From: Candidatus Latescibacterota bacterium | GTDB lineage: Bacteria; Latescibacterota; UBA2968; UBA8231 | DNA: 64,000 nt | Direction of reading: 5' to 3' | Assembly: GCA_965242865.1 (NCBI GenBank) | Contig: CBDETK010000013.1 | Span: 480,001 to 544,000, forward strand | Shown: positions 17,850 through 27,748 of the stretch, in pieces | Layout of the letters: every line of letters starts with the position of its first letter | Numbering within the stretch: the first letter of the stretch is position 1 | Notes under the pieces: model-generated | What the model was told of the DNA's origin: nothing | The model's database searches: none | The model's input: only the letters and a program-made list of their open reading frames with translations | Made by a program: the position numbers and the translations under genes

Positions 17850-19497
17850 CGCAATGCGGTATGGGATCGGCTTGGCCCTGCTCGGCTGCGCTCCGGCGCT
17901 GGCCGGCGAGTGGGTGCAGGTCGGGGCCGACAGCTTTGCCGGCGGCCTCTTTGCCGGCACGGAAATCAACCGCGCCGGGCAGGTGTCGCTGGCCTCCTTC
18001 CGCGGGGTCAATCTCGCCTTGGACGCGACCGCTTCCTCCGGGCCGAACACCTTGAGCGGCCGGCGCAGCGTCACCGACGGCAATGCCGACACCGAGTGGC
18101 GCTTTGACAACGAGGTCGAAGTGCTGGGCAAGTGGATTCAGATCGACTTGGGCGGCGACCGCGGCGTGAGCCAAGTGCGCCTGCTGCCGGGCAAGACCGT
18201 GGCCCAACGCCCCTTGTTTTTCGTCAAGGGCTACCGCCTCGAAGTGGCGCAGGAGGCCACGCCCGACGATTGGGTGTTGGTGGCGCAACAAGCGGAAAAC
18301 ATCCGCCCGACGGTCGATACATCCGCGGACTCAACGTGGATTGAGACCGGCACCGGCGGGGTGCCCCTGCCGGTGTTGGGCCGGTTTGTGCGCCTGCGCC
18401 TGACGCGAGAGGACCCGCCCAACTGGGTCTCCATCGGGGAGGTCGAAGTGTTCGGCGAGGGCTTTGGGGCCGAGGGGACGTTTGAGTCGGCCGTGTTTGA
18501 CGCCGGGCAGCCGGTCAACTTGGGGCGCGTGTGGTTTGCCGGGCAGACGCCGCCGGGCACGGTCTTGCGGGTGCAGTTCCGCACCTCGGCCGACGGGGAG
18601 ATGTGGCCCGAGTGGCACCGAGTGCCGGCGTGGGACTTGGCGGCAGTCGGCGCGGGCGTGGCCTTGGCCGAGCCGGAGCCAGCGCGGTTTTTGCAGTACC
18701 GGGCGGCCATGGAAACGCGCGACCCGTTGCGCACCCCGGGGCTGACCCAGGTGGCGGTGGCCTTTGGCGAGCAGCTTTTTGCGCAGGCGGTGGCCGGGGC
18801 GATTGCGCCGCAGCGGCCGGTCTTGGGCGCGGAGACGGTGTTCACCTACGCGCTCGACGTGGAAATCGGCCCGGACGATCTCGGGTTTGACCGAGTGCAT
18901 ATCGGCCTGCCGGGCGCGGTGCAGCAGGTGCGGTTCGACGGAGCGGTGCTGCCGGAGGACGGGTATGAGGCCGGGTGGGACGACGAGGGGCTTTGGCTGG
19001 CGTTGGCGGCCGAGCACCGCGTAGAGCGGTCCGGGCGGCTCGAAGTGGAGTTTGCGTCCGTGCTGTTGCGGCCCACGCTGGCGGTGCGCGCGGCCGTTGC
19101 CTTGGGCGATAGCACCAATCGGCAGAACGCGGGGCCGGCCGGGGAAGACGCTTGGACCTTGGTGGGAGAAGGAGTGGTAGGCCGCGCCCTGCCGCGCACC
19201 GGCGTGTCCGTGCAGCCCAATCCCTTTAACGCGGCCTCCGGGCCGACCCAAATCCAGATCGACTTGGCCAAGGTGCAGCACCCGCAGGCGTTGACAGTGG
19301 CCCTGTACGACTTGGCGGGCCGGCGGGTGCAGGTGCTGTGGGACGATCGGCCGGCTGCGGCCGGTCGCAAACGCTTGGCGTGGGATGGCCGCGACCGGAG
19401 CGGTCGGCTGGTCGCGCCCGGGCATTATCTGCTGCGCATCGAAATTGATGCGGACCGCGCCGATGTGTGGACCGGGCTGGTCGGGGTGGTGTACTAA
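17842..19497 (+). CDS. Secreted protein with discoidin/F5-8C-like domain and FlgD-Ig tail
   Basis: WIQIDLG, GRFVRL, IGEVEVFG; C-terminal PNPFN...YDLAGRRV...WDGRD. Confidence 0.78.
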   Translation: MINAMRYGIGLALLGCAPALAGEWVQVGADSFAGGLFAGTEINRAGQVSLASFRGVNLALDATASSGPNTLSGRRSVTDGNADTEWRFDNEVEVLGKWIQIDLGGDRGVSQVRLLPGKTVAQRPLFFVKGYRLEVAQEATPDDWVLVAQQAENIRPTVDTSADSTWIETGTGGVPLPVLGRFVRLRLTREDPPNWVSIGEVEVFGEGFGAEGTFESAVFDAGQPVNLGRVWFAGQTPPGTVLRVQFRTSADGEMWPEWHRVPAWDLAAVGAGVALAEPEPARFLQYRAAMETRDPLRTPGLTQVAVAFGEQLFAQAVAGAIAPQRPVLGAETVFTYALDVEIGPDDLGFDRVHIGLPGAVQQVRFDGAVLPEDGYEAGWDDEGLWLALAAEHRVERSGRLEVEFASVLLRPTLAVRAAVALGDSTNRQNAGPAGEDAWTLVGEGVVGRALPRTGVSVQPNPFNAASGPTQIQIDLAKVQHPQALTVALYDLAGRRVQVLWDDRPAAAGRKRLAWDGRDRSGRLVAPGHYLLRIEIDADRADVWTGLVGVVY

Positions 19498-19523
19498 TGA
19501 AACGGAAGAAGAAGGAGAGCCTT

Positions 19524-22145
19524 ATGAGCGGTCGACGATGGATGTTCGCGAGTGCCTTGCTGGTTGCCGGGGGGCCGCTGGCGGCAGACCTGCCGGACGC
19601 AGCCCCACCGCGCCACTTTCTGCGGCGGCCGCCCCTGAGCGCGTACACCAATTACGGCGAAGACCTCTACCGGCCCTATCGCCGCGAGATTCGCTTGGCC
19701 CCGCGCTACGACTTCCTCGGCCGCTTCCTCGCCGAAGGCTTCCTCGTCTATGAGTTGGACGAGCAGCGGCCCGGGGGCAGCCGCATCCTCAAGGACCGGC
19801 TCTACCGCTCGCTCAACAACCTGATCATCGCCCACGACAGCTACGGCCCGTGGCATTGGTCTTTGACTGTGGGCGACGAGGTGCGCACCGAGTTTACGCC
19901 GTTGACGTTTCGGCAGGCCGGCTTTAATGGCTTGCGCTGGGACGTGGTCTTTCCGGGCAACAAAATCACCTTGCTGACCACGCGCGGCTTTGACTCGTCG
20001 TTGTTCCCCACGCTCAACAGCTTTTCCGACCCGGTCGCCCAAGGGCGGGGGTCGCTGATCGACTACTTGGAGCGAATCGAGGAAAACCCGGTGTACAATC
20101 TCGCCGGGCACTGGCAGACCCGCATCGGCGATGTGCTGCGCTTTGGCGCGACCGTTGTCAACCAACACCAAGCCAATACGGCCCGGGGCAGCGCCGGCGG
20201 CTTTTTGCGCGGCGGCATTCCCTATCCGGCCATGCAGGCGCCGAGCGAGATTACCGTGCGCGTCCGCGACGACTCGCCGCAAAGCGACGAGGCCGGGGCC
20301 GTTGTGTACGACATCGTCGTCGAGTTGGAAGGGGAAGGGCCGGAGGGAGCGGCCACGATCAGCAGCGACTTGGCCGACGACCGCTTCGACCCGGTGCTGC
20401 AACCGGAGGTGCTGGGCGGGCGGCGCGGCGATGGCTTTCGCGAGGTGCGCGGCGAGGAGGTGGTGGAATACCTGTTTGTGGTGCCGGAAAACTTCGCGCC
20501 GCGCCGGGCGCGGGTGCGGGCGGTGGTGGCCAACGACTACCGCATTGAGGTGGCGCAGCAGCACCCCTTTTTCGACGCGCTGCGCAATCAGTTCACCCCG
20601 CGCAACACGTCCTTTGAGACGCGGGTGCGAGCGACCGGGGAGGTGCGCGATTTTTCCAACCGCCGGGCCGTGGAGTTTGAGCACGGCTTTTCCACCGGGC
20701 AGACGATTTTTGGCTTTGACGTGGAGGGGACGTTTGTGGGGCTGAAGGTGCGCGGCGAATACCAGCGCAACGTGCTCTACCGCAGCTTCCCGGTGCTGCG
20801 CGGCCGGCACGGCCGCCAACAGGCGACCGGGTGGTACTTCAACGCGCTCAAGGATGTCGGTCGCTTGGAGTTGGGCGGGGAAATTTTCCACATCGGGCCG
20901 CGCTACGGCGGCGGGTACGACAGTCGGCGCGGCGGGGTGCGGCTCTACACGGACTTGGGCGGAGAAAGCCAAGACCAACAGGTGCTGTCCGAGTTCCCCT
21001 TGGTCGACGACAACGACGACAACGACCGCTACGCGGACGACAATTTGCGCGATTACCCCAACGGCTCCGAGACCGAGTCCGGCGTCTTCCCGGGGCTGGA
21101 CGAGGACAACGACAACATCCCGGACGACGACAAAAACGCCAATGGCGTCCCGGACTTTGAGGAGCCGTTTTTGCTCTACTACTCGGACCCGCAGGAGTTT
21201 GTCTATGGCATTGACTTGAACAACAACGGCGTCATTGACGAGCGCGAAAACGACAACAAGCCCGACTACCCCTACGACCGCGACCGGCGCGGCCTGCACG
21301 GCTTTGTGGCCTTGCCGCGCTGGAGCGGCCTGTCGGCCGGGGTTGGGTACTATCGCCAAGACGAGATCGCCGGGCCGGGTCGGGCGGTGTCGCGCTACGG
21401 CCGGGTGTCCTATCGCTTTGACGTGCCGCGGTGGGGGCAAGTCCAGCTCGACCACGACAGCAAGCGGGTCGAAGACACCGTGCCGGACTCGGTGTACGTC
21501 TTTCGGGCTGGCGAGAACAACAACCCGGATCAGCCGCCCACGCCCGACGCCTTGCTGATGGCCGACTCCTGGGTGCATACCTCGTTTGTCGGCACCCGGT
21601 TTGCGCGGCTGGACCGGCTCCACCTTGAAAACAACGCGCAGTGGATCTTGAACCGGCAGTTGGCGGCTTCGGCCCGTCGGCAGACCTTCACGATGGTCAA
21701 CAAGGCCGATTACACCTACGAATTAGCCCGCTTGCGCGTCCACCTCATGATCAAGCACCTGTACAAGCACGTCACCGCCAGCGACCGGCGGCGGGCGGTG
21801 GAGTCGTGGAACCAGCTCGCGCCCATCGTGCGCGCGGATTGGCGGCTCACCGAGAATACCTTGGTGCAATTCGGCCAGCAGGGGCTGGGGGTGCCGTTCA
21901 CGCGCACGTTGTTGCCGGCGCTGGCCTTTCGCTTCTTTGACCGCGTCGATCGCGAGCGCGAGCTGCGCTCGGCCAGTTCGGTGCTGATGTTTACGGTGCG
22001 GGGCACGTACATCGGCTACACCATGGTTGCCAACACCGGAATCGAGCTGCGCCACGAGGAATTTGCCGACCCGGCCGTGGCGCGGACGCGCGACGGTGGG
22101 GTGTCGCGGTTTTTCATCTCAGTTATCGCAGGATACGAACGCTAA
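19524..22145 (+). CDS. Large exported/outer-membrane protein with acidic Ca-binding-like repeats
   Basis: AAGGAG RBS, signal peptide, DDNDDNDRYADD / DEDNDNIPDDDKNANG / DLNNNGVIDE loops, beta-rich C-terminus. Confidence 0.7.
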   Translation: MSGRRWMFASALLVAGGPLAADLPDAAPPRHFLRRPPLSAYTNYGEDLYRPYRREIRLAPRYDFLGRFLAEGFLVYELDEQRPGGSRILKDRLYRSLNNLIIAHDSYGPWHWSLTVGDEVRTEFTPLTFRQAGFNGLRWDVVFPGNKITLLTTRGFDSSLFPTLNSFSDPVAQGRGSLIDYLERIEENPVYNLAGHWQTRIGDVLRFGATVVNQHQANTARGSAGGFLRGGIPYPAMQAPSEITVRVRDDSPQSDEAGAVVYDIVVELEGEGPEGAATISSDLADDRFDPVLQPEVLGGRRGDGFREVRGEEVVEYLFVVPENFAPRRARVRAVVANDYRIEVAQQHPFFDALRNQFTPRNTSFETRVRATGEVRDFSNRRAVEFEHGFSTGQTIFGFDVEGTFVGLKVRGEYQRNVLYRSFPVLRGRHGRQQATGWYFNALKDVGRLELGGEIFHIGPRYGGGYDSRRGGVRLYTDLGGESQDQQVLSEFPLVDDNDDNDRYADDNLRDYPNGSETESGVFPGLDEDNDNIPDDDKNANGVPDFEEPFLLYYSDPQEFVYGIDLNNNGVIDERENDNKPDYPYDRDRRGLHGFVALPRWSGLSAGVGYYRQDEIAGPGRAVSRYGRVSYRFDVPRWGQVQLDHDSKRVEDTVPDSVYVFRAGENNNPDQPPTPDALLMADSWVHTSFVGTRFARLDRLHLENNAQWILNRQLAASARRQTFTMVNKADYTYELARLRVHLMIKHLYKHVTASDRRRAVESWNQLAPIVRADWRLTENTLVQFGQQGLGVPFTRTLLPALAFRFFDRVDRERELRSASSVLMFTVRGTYIGYTMVANTGIELRHEEFADPAVARTRDGGVSRFFISVIAGYER

Positions 22146-25100
22146 TGACTATTTGGCTTCCCTTGATGCTGGCCGGCTTGGTGACCGGCAGCCAGTTTGT
22201 GACCAATCCCGAGGATTTGGGCAAGCGCTTTGCGCGGGCGCAAAAGCTCTTGGCGACCGGCGACTTTGCTGGGGCGCAGCGGGTGTACGAGGGCGTGTTG
22301 GCCGTGCAGGATGGGCCGCTGATGCGCGCCTCACACGTGCGCGTAGTCGTGGATGAGTACGCGGTGGGCGTCCAAGCGGCCGCGCGCTACCAGTTGGCCA
22401 ACATGGCCCGCAAGCAGGCGCAGTTGTGGCGGCAGGAGGCTGCGTTGGCCGATTCGGCCACGGCCGATTCGCTGGCCGGGCGCGCGACGGCGTCCCTGCG
22501 GAAAGCGGCCGAGCGCTTTGCTGCGTTGCGCGACGAGCCCGGGTTTGAGCTGCGCGCGACGGCCGCGTACCTCGTGGTTGAGTGCTTTTTTGAGGCCGCG
22601 GGCTACGCAGAGGCGGCCGCGGCCGGGCAGGTGTTGTTGCGCCTGTTCCCCGAGGGGCGTTATGCCGAGCGGACGCGCTATACCCTCGGCTGGGCGTGGT
22701 TTTACCAGCAGGAATACGCCGCGGCCGTGGCGGCCTTTGCCGAGTACGTGCAGCGCGCACCGGCCGGCATTCGGGCCGACCGGGCGCAGTTGCAACTGGG
22801 GCTGGCGCTGGAGGAGTTGGGCCGCTATGCCGAGGCGCTCGCGGCGTTTGAGCCGCTGGCCCAGGCCTACGACCCGGCCGGCATGGGCGACGCAGAGAAG
22901 CGAGCCGTGGCCTTGGCCGGGTTGCGCGAAGGGCAGTCGCGGCGCGCGCTGGCGGCCAAGGCGTGGATCAAGTGCGGCGACATGCTCAAGGAGTTGGGCC
23001 GCTATGCTGAGTCGCTGGCCGCGTACAAGAAGGTCAGCCGCGACTTTCCGCAGGAGCCCCAGCTCGCCGAGCAGGCTTGGGTGCGGCAGGCCCTGTTGGC
23101 CCAGACCGCGCACGGGGTGGACGCCAGCTTGGACGTGTACCGCTATGCGGCCGAGCAGGCCGAGCGGCCGGCCTTTCGGGCGCGGATGCAGGCCGGGCTG
23201 ATGAGCCTGCTCTTTGACGAGGGCCGCTACCGGGAAGCGCTGGCGGCCCACCGGCTCTACCTAACTGCGTATCAGGCGTTTACCGACGAGGCCGGGGTGT
23301 CGATCGACGAGGCCGTGTTCCGCCAAGCCGAGTGTCTGCGGCTGCTGGGGGAAGAGAGCGCGGTCGCCGATAGCACCCAAGGGTGGTTTGCCGAGGCGCT
23401 GACCTTGTACGGGGAGGTGGGGTCGTACTTGGCGGCCGAGGCTTGGTTTTGGCAGGGCACCATTCATCAGGCCCTAAGCGACTCGGCCGCGGCCTTGGCC
23501 CAGTTTGAGCGAGTCGTGGGCGGGCCGGCCGGGCCGGAGTTGGCCTGTCGCGCCCTGTTGCAAATCGCCGGCCTGCGCCACGAGCAAAGCGACGCGCTCT
23601 ACGAACAGATTTTGGCCCAATGCGCCGACGAGGACGTGCGCGGGTTGGCCGCTCTGATGCTGGGCCGCCGCTATCGGCAGGCCGGGCGCGGCGAGCCAGC
23701 GCGCCGGATGCTGGAGTCCATCGGCCCGACCCAGCCCCAGTATCTCCACGCCCAGATGGAGTTGGCCCAGCTTTACGCCGCGGAGGGGGCGGACGACGAG
23801 GCCATCGCCCTAATTGCGCGGCAGGTGGAGCAGACGCCCAATGCCCAACTCACCGCGCAGTTGGGGCTGCTGCACCAAGGGCGCGGCGAGCACGAACAGG
23901 CCCTGCCCCTGTTGCGCCAAGCCCTGTCGCAGTTGGCCGGGAGCGAGGCGACCACGGCGCGGGTGGGCTTGGGCTGGAGCCTGTACAAGACCGAGCAGTA
24001 CGAAGCGGCGTGGGCGGCGTGGGCGGCCGCGTTGCAGGCCGGGGATTTGGCCGGCGACCCGCGGCGCGCCCTGTTGCAGGCGATGAGCGCGTGTGCCCAG
24101 ACCTTGGAGGACAGCGAGCGCATGGAAGCGGTCTATCGCGCCATGCTGACCAACGAAGCCACGCGCATTGAGGGCTCGTTGGGCTTGGCGCAGTGGTATC
24201 TAGCGCAGGATGAGGCCGCGCAGGCCGTGGCCCAAGTGCGTCCCCTGCTGGAGCGCGCGAACCGCGCGTGGCTCCTGCTGGGCCGGGCGTTGGTGGCCCA
24301 AGACAGCTTGGCCGCGGCGCGGGCGGTTTTGGCCGAGGGGTTGGCGCGGGCCGAGGGGCCAGCCACGGCGGCCGAATTCCACTTTGAGCTGGGCAATGCG
24401 GCCTTGGGCGAGCGCGATTACGCGGCGGCCGCGCAGGCGTTTGGCGCGGTCTTGCCGGCGACGCCGCGCCGGTCCATGCAGGCCGCGGCCCTGTTCTACT
24501 TGGGGCACAGCCGGCAAGCGGGCGGCGATCAGGCCGGGGCGCGGGCGGCCTTTGAAAAGCTGGTCGCCACCTATCCCGAGCAACCGCAGGCGTCCGAGGC
24601 CGAATTGCTGCTCGGGGAGCTCCACTACGAGGCCAAGGAATACGAGCAAGCGCTGGCGGCCTACCAGCGCGTGTTCGACGCGTACCCGGACAGCAAGGAT
24701 GCGCCCGAAGCCCTGTACGGCGCGGCGTGGTGCCAGTTGGAGCTGGAGCGGGTCGAGCCGATGCGCGACCTCTTTTTGCGCTTGGCGCGCGATTTTCCCC
24801 AGCACGAACGCGCCCATCAGGGGCTCATGCACATCGGCGATTACTACTACAACGGCCACCAGTTCCTCAAAGCGTCGCGGCTCTACGCGCAGGTGGTGGA
24901 TCGGTTCCCGGAGACGGCCGAGGCCTTGCAAGCGCGTCAGTTGCTGGCGTACCTGTCAGACGCGGAGGCCGACTCGCTCTACAGCAAGGGCATGGTGCTC
25001 TACGAGGAGGGCGAGTTTGCGCGGGCCATCGCGGTGTTAGAAGCGGTGATCGCCCAGTACCCCAACACCCCCAGCGAGGCCGCGGCCCGGTGCAACATCG

Positions 25101-25267
25101 GGGTTTCTTATTTCCAGCTAGCAGACTGGCGTCGGGCCGCACAAGCGTATGACGAGGCCATTGCGGCCTTAGAGGGGAGAGAGGAAGAATGGCGGGCTTT
25201 GGATTTTGCGCGCGGCAATCGAGAGCTGATTGGCCGCACGTACTTGGGCGAGGTGGCAACGGAATGA
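22145..25267 (+). CDS. Tetratricopeptide-repeat protein (YbgF/BamD-like repeats)
   Basis: Many helical-hairpin repeats ending in xxYP/FP; translationally coupled through TAATG. Confidence 0.85.
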   Translation: MTIWLPLMLAGLVTGSQFVTNPEDLGKRFARAQKLLATGDFAGAQRVYEGVLAVQDGPLMRASHVRVVVDEYAVGVQAAARYQLANMARKQAQLWRQEAALADSATADSLAGRATASLRKAAERFAALRDEPGFELRATAAYLVVECFFEAAGYAEAAAAGQVLLRLFPEGRYAERTRYTLGWAWFYQQEYAAAVAAFAEYVQRAPAGIRADRAQLQLGLALEELGRYAEALAAFEPLAQAYDPAGMGDAEKRAVALAGLREGQSRRALAAKAWIKCGDMLKELGRYAESLAAYKKVSRDFPQEPQLAEQAWVRQALLAQTAHGVDASLDVYRYAAEQAERPAFRARMQAGLMSLLFDEGRYREALAAHRLYLTAYQAFTDEAGVSIDEAVFRQAECLRLLGEESAVADSTQGWFAEALTLYGEVGSYLAAEAWFWQGTIHQALSDSAAALAQFERVVGGPAGPELACRALLQIAGLRHEQSDALYEQILAQCADEDVRGLAALMLGRRYRQAGRGEPARRMLESIGPTQPQYLHAQMELAQLYAAEGADDEAIALIARQVEQTPNAQLTAQLGLLHQGRGEHEQALPLLRQALSQLAGSEATTARVGLGWSLYKTEQYEAAWAAWAAALQAGDLAGDPRRALLQAMSACAQTLEDSERMEAVYRAMLTNEATRIEGSLGLAQWYLAQDEAAQAVAQVRPLLERANRAWLLLGRALVAQDSLAAARAVLAEGLARAEGPATAAEFHFELGNAALGERDYAAAAQAFGAVLPATPRRSMQAAALFYLGHSRQAGGDQAGARAAFEKLVATYPEQPQASEAELLLGELHYEAKEYEQALAAYQRVFDAYPDSKDAPEALYGAAWCQLELERVEPMRDLFLRLARDFPQHERAHQGLMHIGDYYYNGHQFLKASRLYAQVVDRFPETAEALQARQLLAYLSDAEADSLYSKGMVLYEEGEFARAIAVLEAVIAQYPNTPSEAAARCNIGVSYFQLADWRRAAQAYDEAIAALEGREEEWRALDFARGNRELIGRTYLGEVATE

Positions 25268-26001
25268 AAACTTGGGGATGGGGGACGCTCGCGCTGCTGG
25301 TGGCGGTCGGCTGCATTCGCTTTCCGCCCAACTTGCGCTACGCCGTCGGCGTCGCGCCGCAAGACGCCCTGTTGCAGGACGCCGCTTATTACTTCGACCC
25401 GGAAGACAGCACCACGGTGTTTGCCGACGAGGGCTTTCGCCTCAAGCTGCGCCACCTCGGCGATCCAGCCCTAAATCGGGAGTACGCCCGCTTTACCTTC
25501 CGCGAGCCAAACCTGAATCCCTTTACCTACGGCACGGACCGCGACTTGGACCGGGGGTACGCGCCGCCGCGCTTTACCGTGTTTGAGATGACGGTGGTCA
25601 ACCAAACCTATCCCAAGGTGCGGGTCGATCCGGCGAAGATGGTGTTGCACACCGACCGGGGCGGCGAGTACCGCTACTGGGATGTGCTCAAGCGCGACGC
25701 GGACAACAGTTTTGAGCACTACTACATGGAGCGGCGCGGCAAGGGCGGCAACGAAGATTACTACTATCAGGAGCGCATGGGCTTGGTGCGGCAGGCGTTG
25801 TTTCGGCGGCATACGTTTGTGTTTAAGGGGGATACGTATAGCGGCAAAGTGGTCTTTGCGCCCCTGCACGAACAGGTGCGAGCGGTCACGGTTGAGATCG
25901 AGGACATCGTCTTGCGGGTCGATCCGTTCGACCGCCCCAAGCAGGTGACCAAGGCCGCGTTTGCGTTTGCGGTGACGCACGAGATCGCCCCCCAGCCGTG
26001 A
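25264..26001 (+). CDS. Putative lipoprotein
   Basis: MKTWGWGTLALLVAVG-C lipobox-like leader; ATGA overlap with the TPR gene. Confidence 0.7.
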   Translation: MKTWGWGTLALLVAVGCIRFPPNLRYAVGVAPQDALLQDAAYYFDPEDSTTVFADEGFRLKLRHLGDPALNREYARFTFREPNLNPFTYGTDRDLDRGYAPPRFTVFEMTVVNQTYPKVRVDPAKMVLHTDRGGEYRYWDVLKRDADNSFEHYYMERRGKGGNEDYYYQERMGLVRQALFRRHTFVFKGDTYSGKVVFAPLHEQVRAVTVEIEDIVLRVDPFDRPKQVTKAAFAFAVTHEIAPQP

Positions 26002-26879
26002 TCCTCGCTCTCCCCACCGACAAGCTGACGCCGCGCACGGCCGACGAGCTCCTCGCGGGGTTTCTCGACTACGCGCACGGGGCCGTGCCCGGGCAGCCCC
26101 TAGAGGTCGATTTGCGCTCCTTGCACTTTATCGACCCCTACGGCTTGGTGGCCTTGTGCTTGATGGCGCGCTACGGAGACGCGCTCTCGTCGCGGGTGGT
26201 CTTTCACCTGCCCCACGCCTTTGCCCTGCGCACCTACTTGGGCCGGGTGCGGTTTGCCGCGGCCGTGGACGGGGCTGAGTTGGCCGGCCCGACGCTCATC
26301 GTGGATCAGGAGCGAGAAAAGGAAGCAAGCGAGGCCCTGTTGGAAATCACGCGGATCGAGGAGCGGGCGGACATCGAGACCGTGTTGGGCAAAATCGGCC
26401 AGCGCGTCGAGGCGATTCTGGCCGAGGAATTGCGCTACACCGAAGTAGAAATCAACCAGTTCAAAAACGTCGTCGCCGAGCTGTGCCACAACATTCTCGA
26501 CCACAGCGAGAACTGGGGCTACCTAACGGCCCAGCGCTACTTGGATTCGCGGGTGGGCAAAAAGTACGTGGTCATTGGGGTGGGGGACTTGGGGATCGGG
26601 ATCAAAAAGAGCTTGTCCGTGCGCTACGACGCGGCCAATTGGTCGCACGGCACGGCCATCGTCAACTCCCTAAAGAAGCACTTTTCCTGCGACCCAACGC
26701 GCGGCCTCGGGCTGTACATCGTCAATCAGATTTGCAGCCGCTACAACGGCTCCCTGCACATCCGCTCCGGCGATACGCGCGTGTACATTCGCGGTCGGGG
26801 GCACTGGGAACACACCTCCGTCCACTTCCCGGGCACCCAAATCTCCATCGCGCTCTACGAGCGGGAAGGCCGGTCCTAG
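25998..26879 (+). CDS. STAS-like + HATPase_c (GHKL) protein, anti-sigma/Ser-kinase type
   Basis: VDLRSLHFIDPYG at the N-terminus; N box ELCHNILDH, DLGIGI, RGLGL, PGT; no DHp His domain. Confidence 0.8.
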   Translation: MILALPTDKLTPRTADELLAGFLDYAHGAVPGQPLEVDLRSLHFIDPYGLVALCLMARYGDALSSRVVFHLPHAFALRTYLGRVRFAAAVDGAELAGPTLIVDQEREKEASEALLEITRIEERADIETVLGKIGQRVEAILAEELRYTEVEINQFKNVVAELCHNILDHSENWGYLTAQRYLDSRVGKKYVVIGVGDLGIGIKKSLSVRYDAANWSHGTAIVNSLKKHFSCDPTRGLGLYIVNQICSRYNGSLHIRSGDTRVYIRGRGHWEHTSVHFPGTQISIALYEREGRS

Positions 26880-26882
26880 CCG

Positions 26883-27017
26883 GTGTTTGGCGAGCGTCAC
26901 ACCCCGCCTAAGCCGCCGCGCTACGAGCCTTGGCTGCTGCTGGCCCTCGCGGTGCTCATCGCCGGCGTGGCCGTGGTTGTGTACGTGGCCGCGAGCGCGT
27001 TGTTTGCCGGCCCCTAG
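26883..27017 (+). CDS. Small single-TM protein (44 aa), below the ORF-track cutoff
   Basis: GTG start 4 nt after the upstream stop; MFGERHTPPKPPRYEPWLLLALAVLIAGVAVVVYVAASALFAGP; GC3-rich codons. Confidence 0.55.
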   Translation: MFGERHTPPKPPRYEPWLLLALAVLIAGVAVVVYVAASALFAGP

Positions 27018-27074
27018 CCCCAGCATATTGGGATTCGTCCCATTCCGCATCGCTCATTTGGTGGTAGAAATTGC

Positions 27075-27103
27075 TTGACAGCCGAGAAATATCCGCGTAA
27101 GTT
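27075..27103 (+). promoter_or_regulatory. Sigma-70-type promoter
   Basis: TTGACA-17 bp-TAAGTT in an AT-rich intergenic gap. Confidence 0.6.
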
Positions 27104-27157
27104 TCTTTAATTGGATACAGTTAAGCTATTTTTTTAACGACGAGAGAGGCGCGGCTC

Positions 27158-27748
27158 ATGGATTCAGCCGTTGAAGAGCGCGTACCACAACAGGCCATAC
27201 ACCAAGCCCCCGCATACCTTTTCGCCGGCGAACAGGGCATTCTCAGCGGGCGGCCTCGGGGGGCCGATTTGCTCAAAGACCTGATGCAGCACCTGCTCCG
27301 CGGCCCGGCCGACGCAGCCACGCCGCTCGACTTTTCCCGGGTTTCATTCATAGATGTCTCGTGCGCCGACGAAATGCTCAACAAGCTGCTGTTGCGCCTA
27401 GCCAGCGGGGAGATTGGGCGGCGCTACGTCTATATCGCCGACGCCAACATCTCGGTGCGCGAGACCATCGCGGCCGTGTTGCAGCTCCGCGACTTGGCCG
27501 CGCTGTACAAAGATGGCGGGCGCGTCGAGGTGCTCGGGGTGCTCAAGACGCCGATGCGCGAGGTGCTCGACGTGCTGCTGGTGCGCAAGTGCGCGACCTC
27601 GGCTGCGATCTCGGCCGCGCTCGGCAAAAACATCAACATCGTCTGCAACCGCCTCAACGCCCTGCAACGCCTCGGGCTGGTGTGCCGCCTGCGCGATGGG
27701 TCGGTCGCCGGAGGGGGGCGGCAATTCTACTATGTCTCGATTGTCTAA
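27158..27748 (+). CDS. DUF4325-like STAS domain + winged HTH regulator
   Basis: LDFSRVSFIDVSCADE; C-terminal TSAAISAALG..INIVCNRLNALQRLGLV..GGRQFYY. Confidence 0.75.
   Translation: MDSAVEERVPQQAIHQAPAYLFAGEQGILSGRPRGADLLKDLMQHLLRGPADAATPLDFSRVSFIDVSCADEMLNKLLLRLASGEIGRRYVYIADANISVRETIAAVLQLRDLAALYKDGGRVEVLGVLKTPMREVLDVLLVRKCATSAAISAALGKNINIVCNRLNALQRLGLVCRLRDGSVAGGGRQFYYVSIV

Noticed and set aside
19494-21623. 709-aa minus-strand ORF and similar shadow ORFs throughout
   Set aside because: Fully antisense to well-supported genes; expected from high GC3; no motifs.
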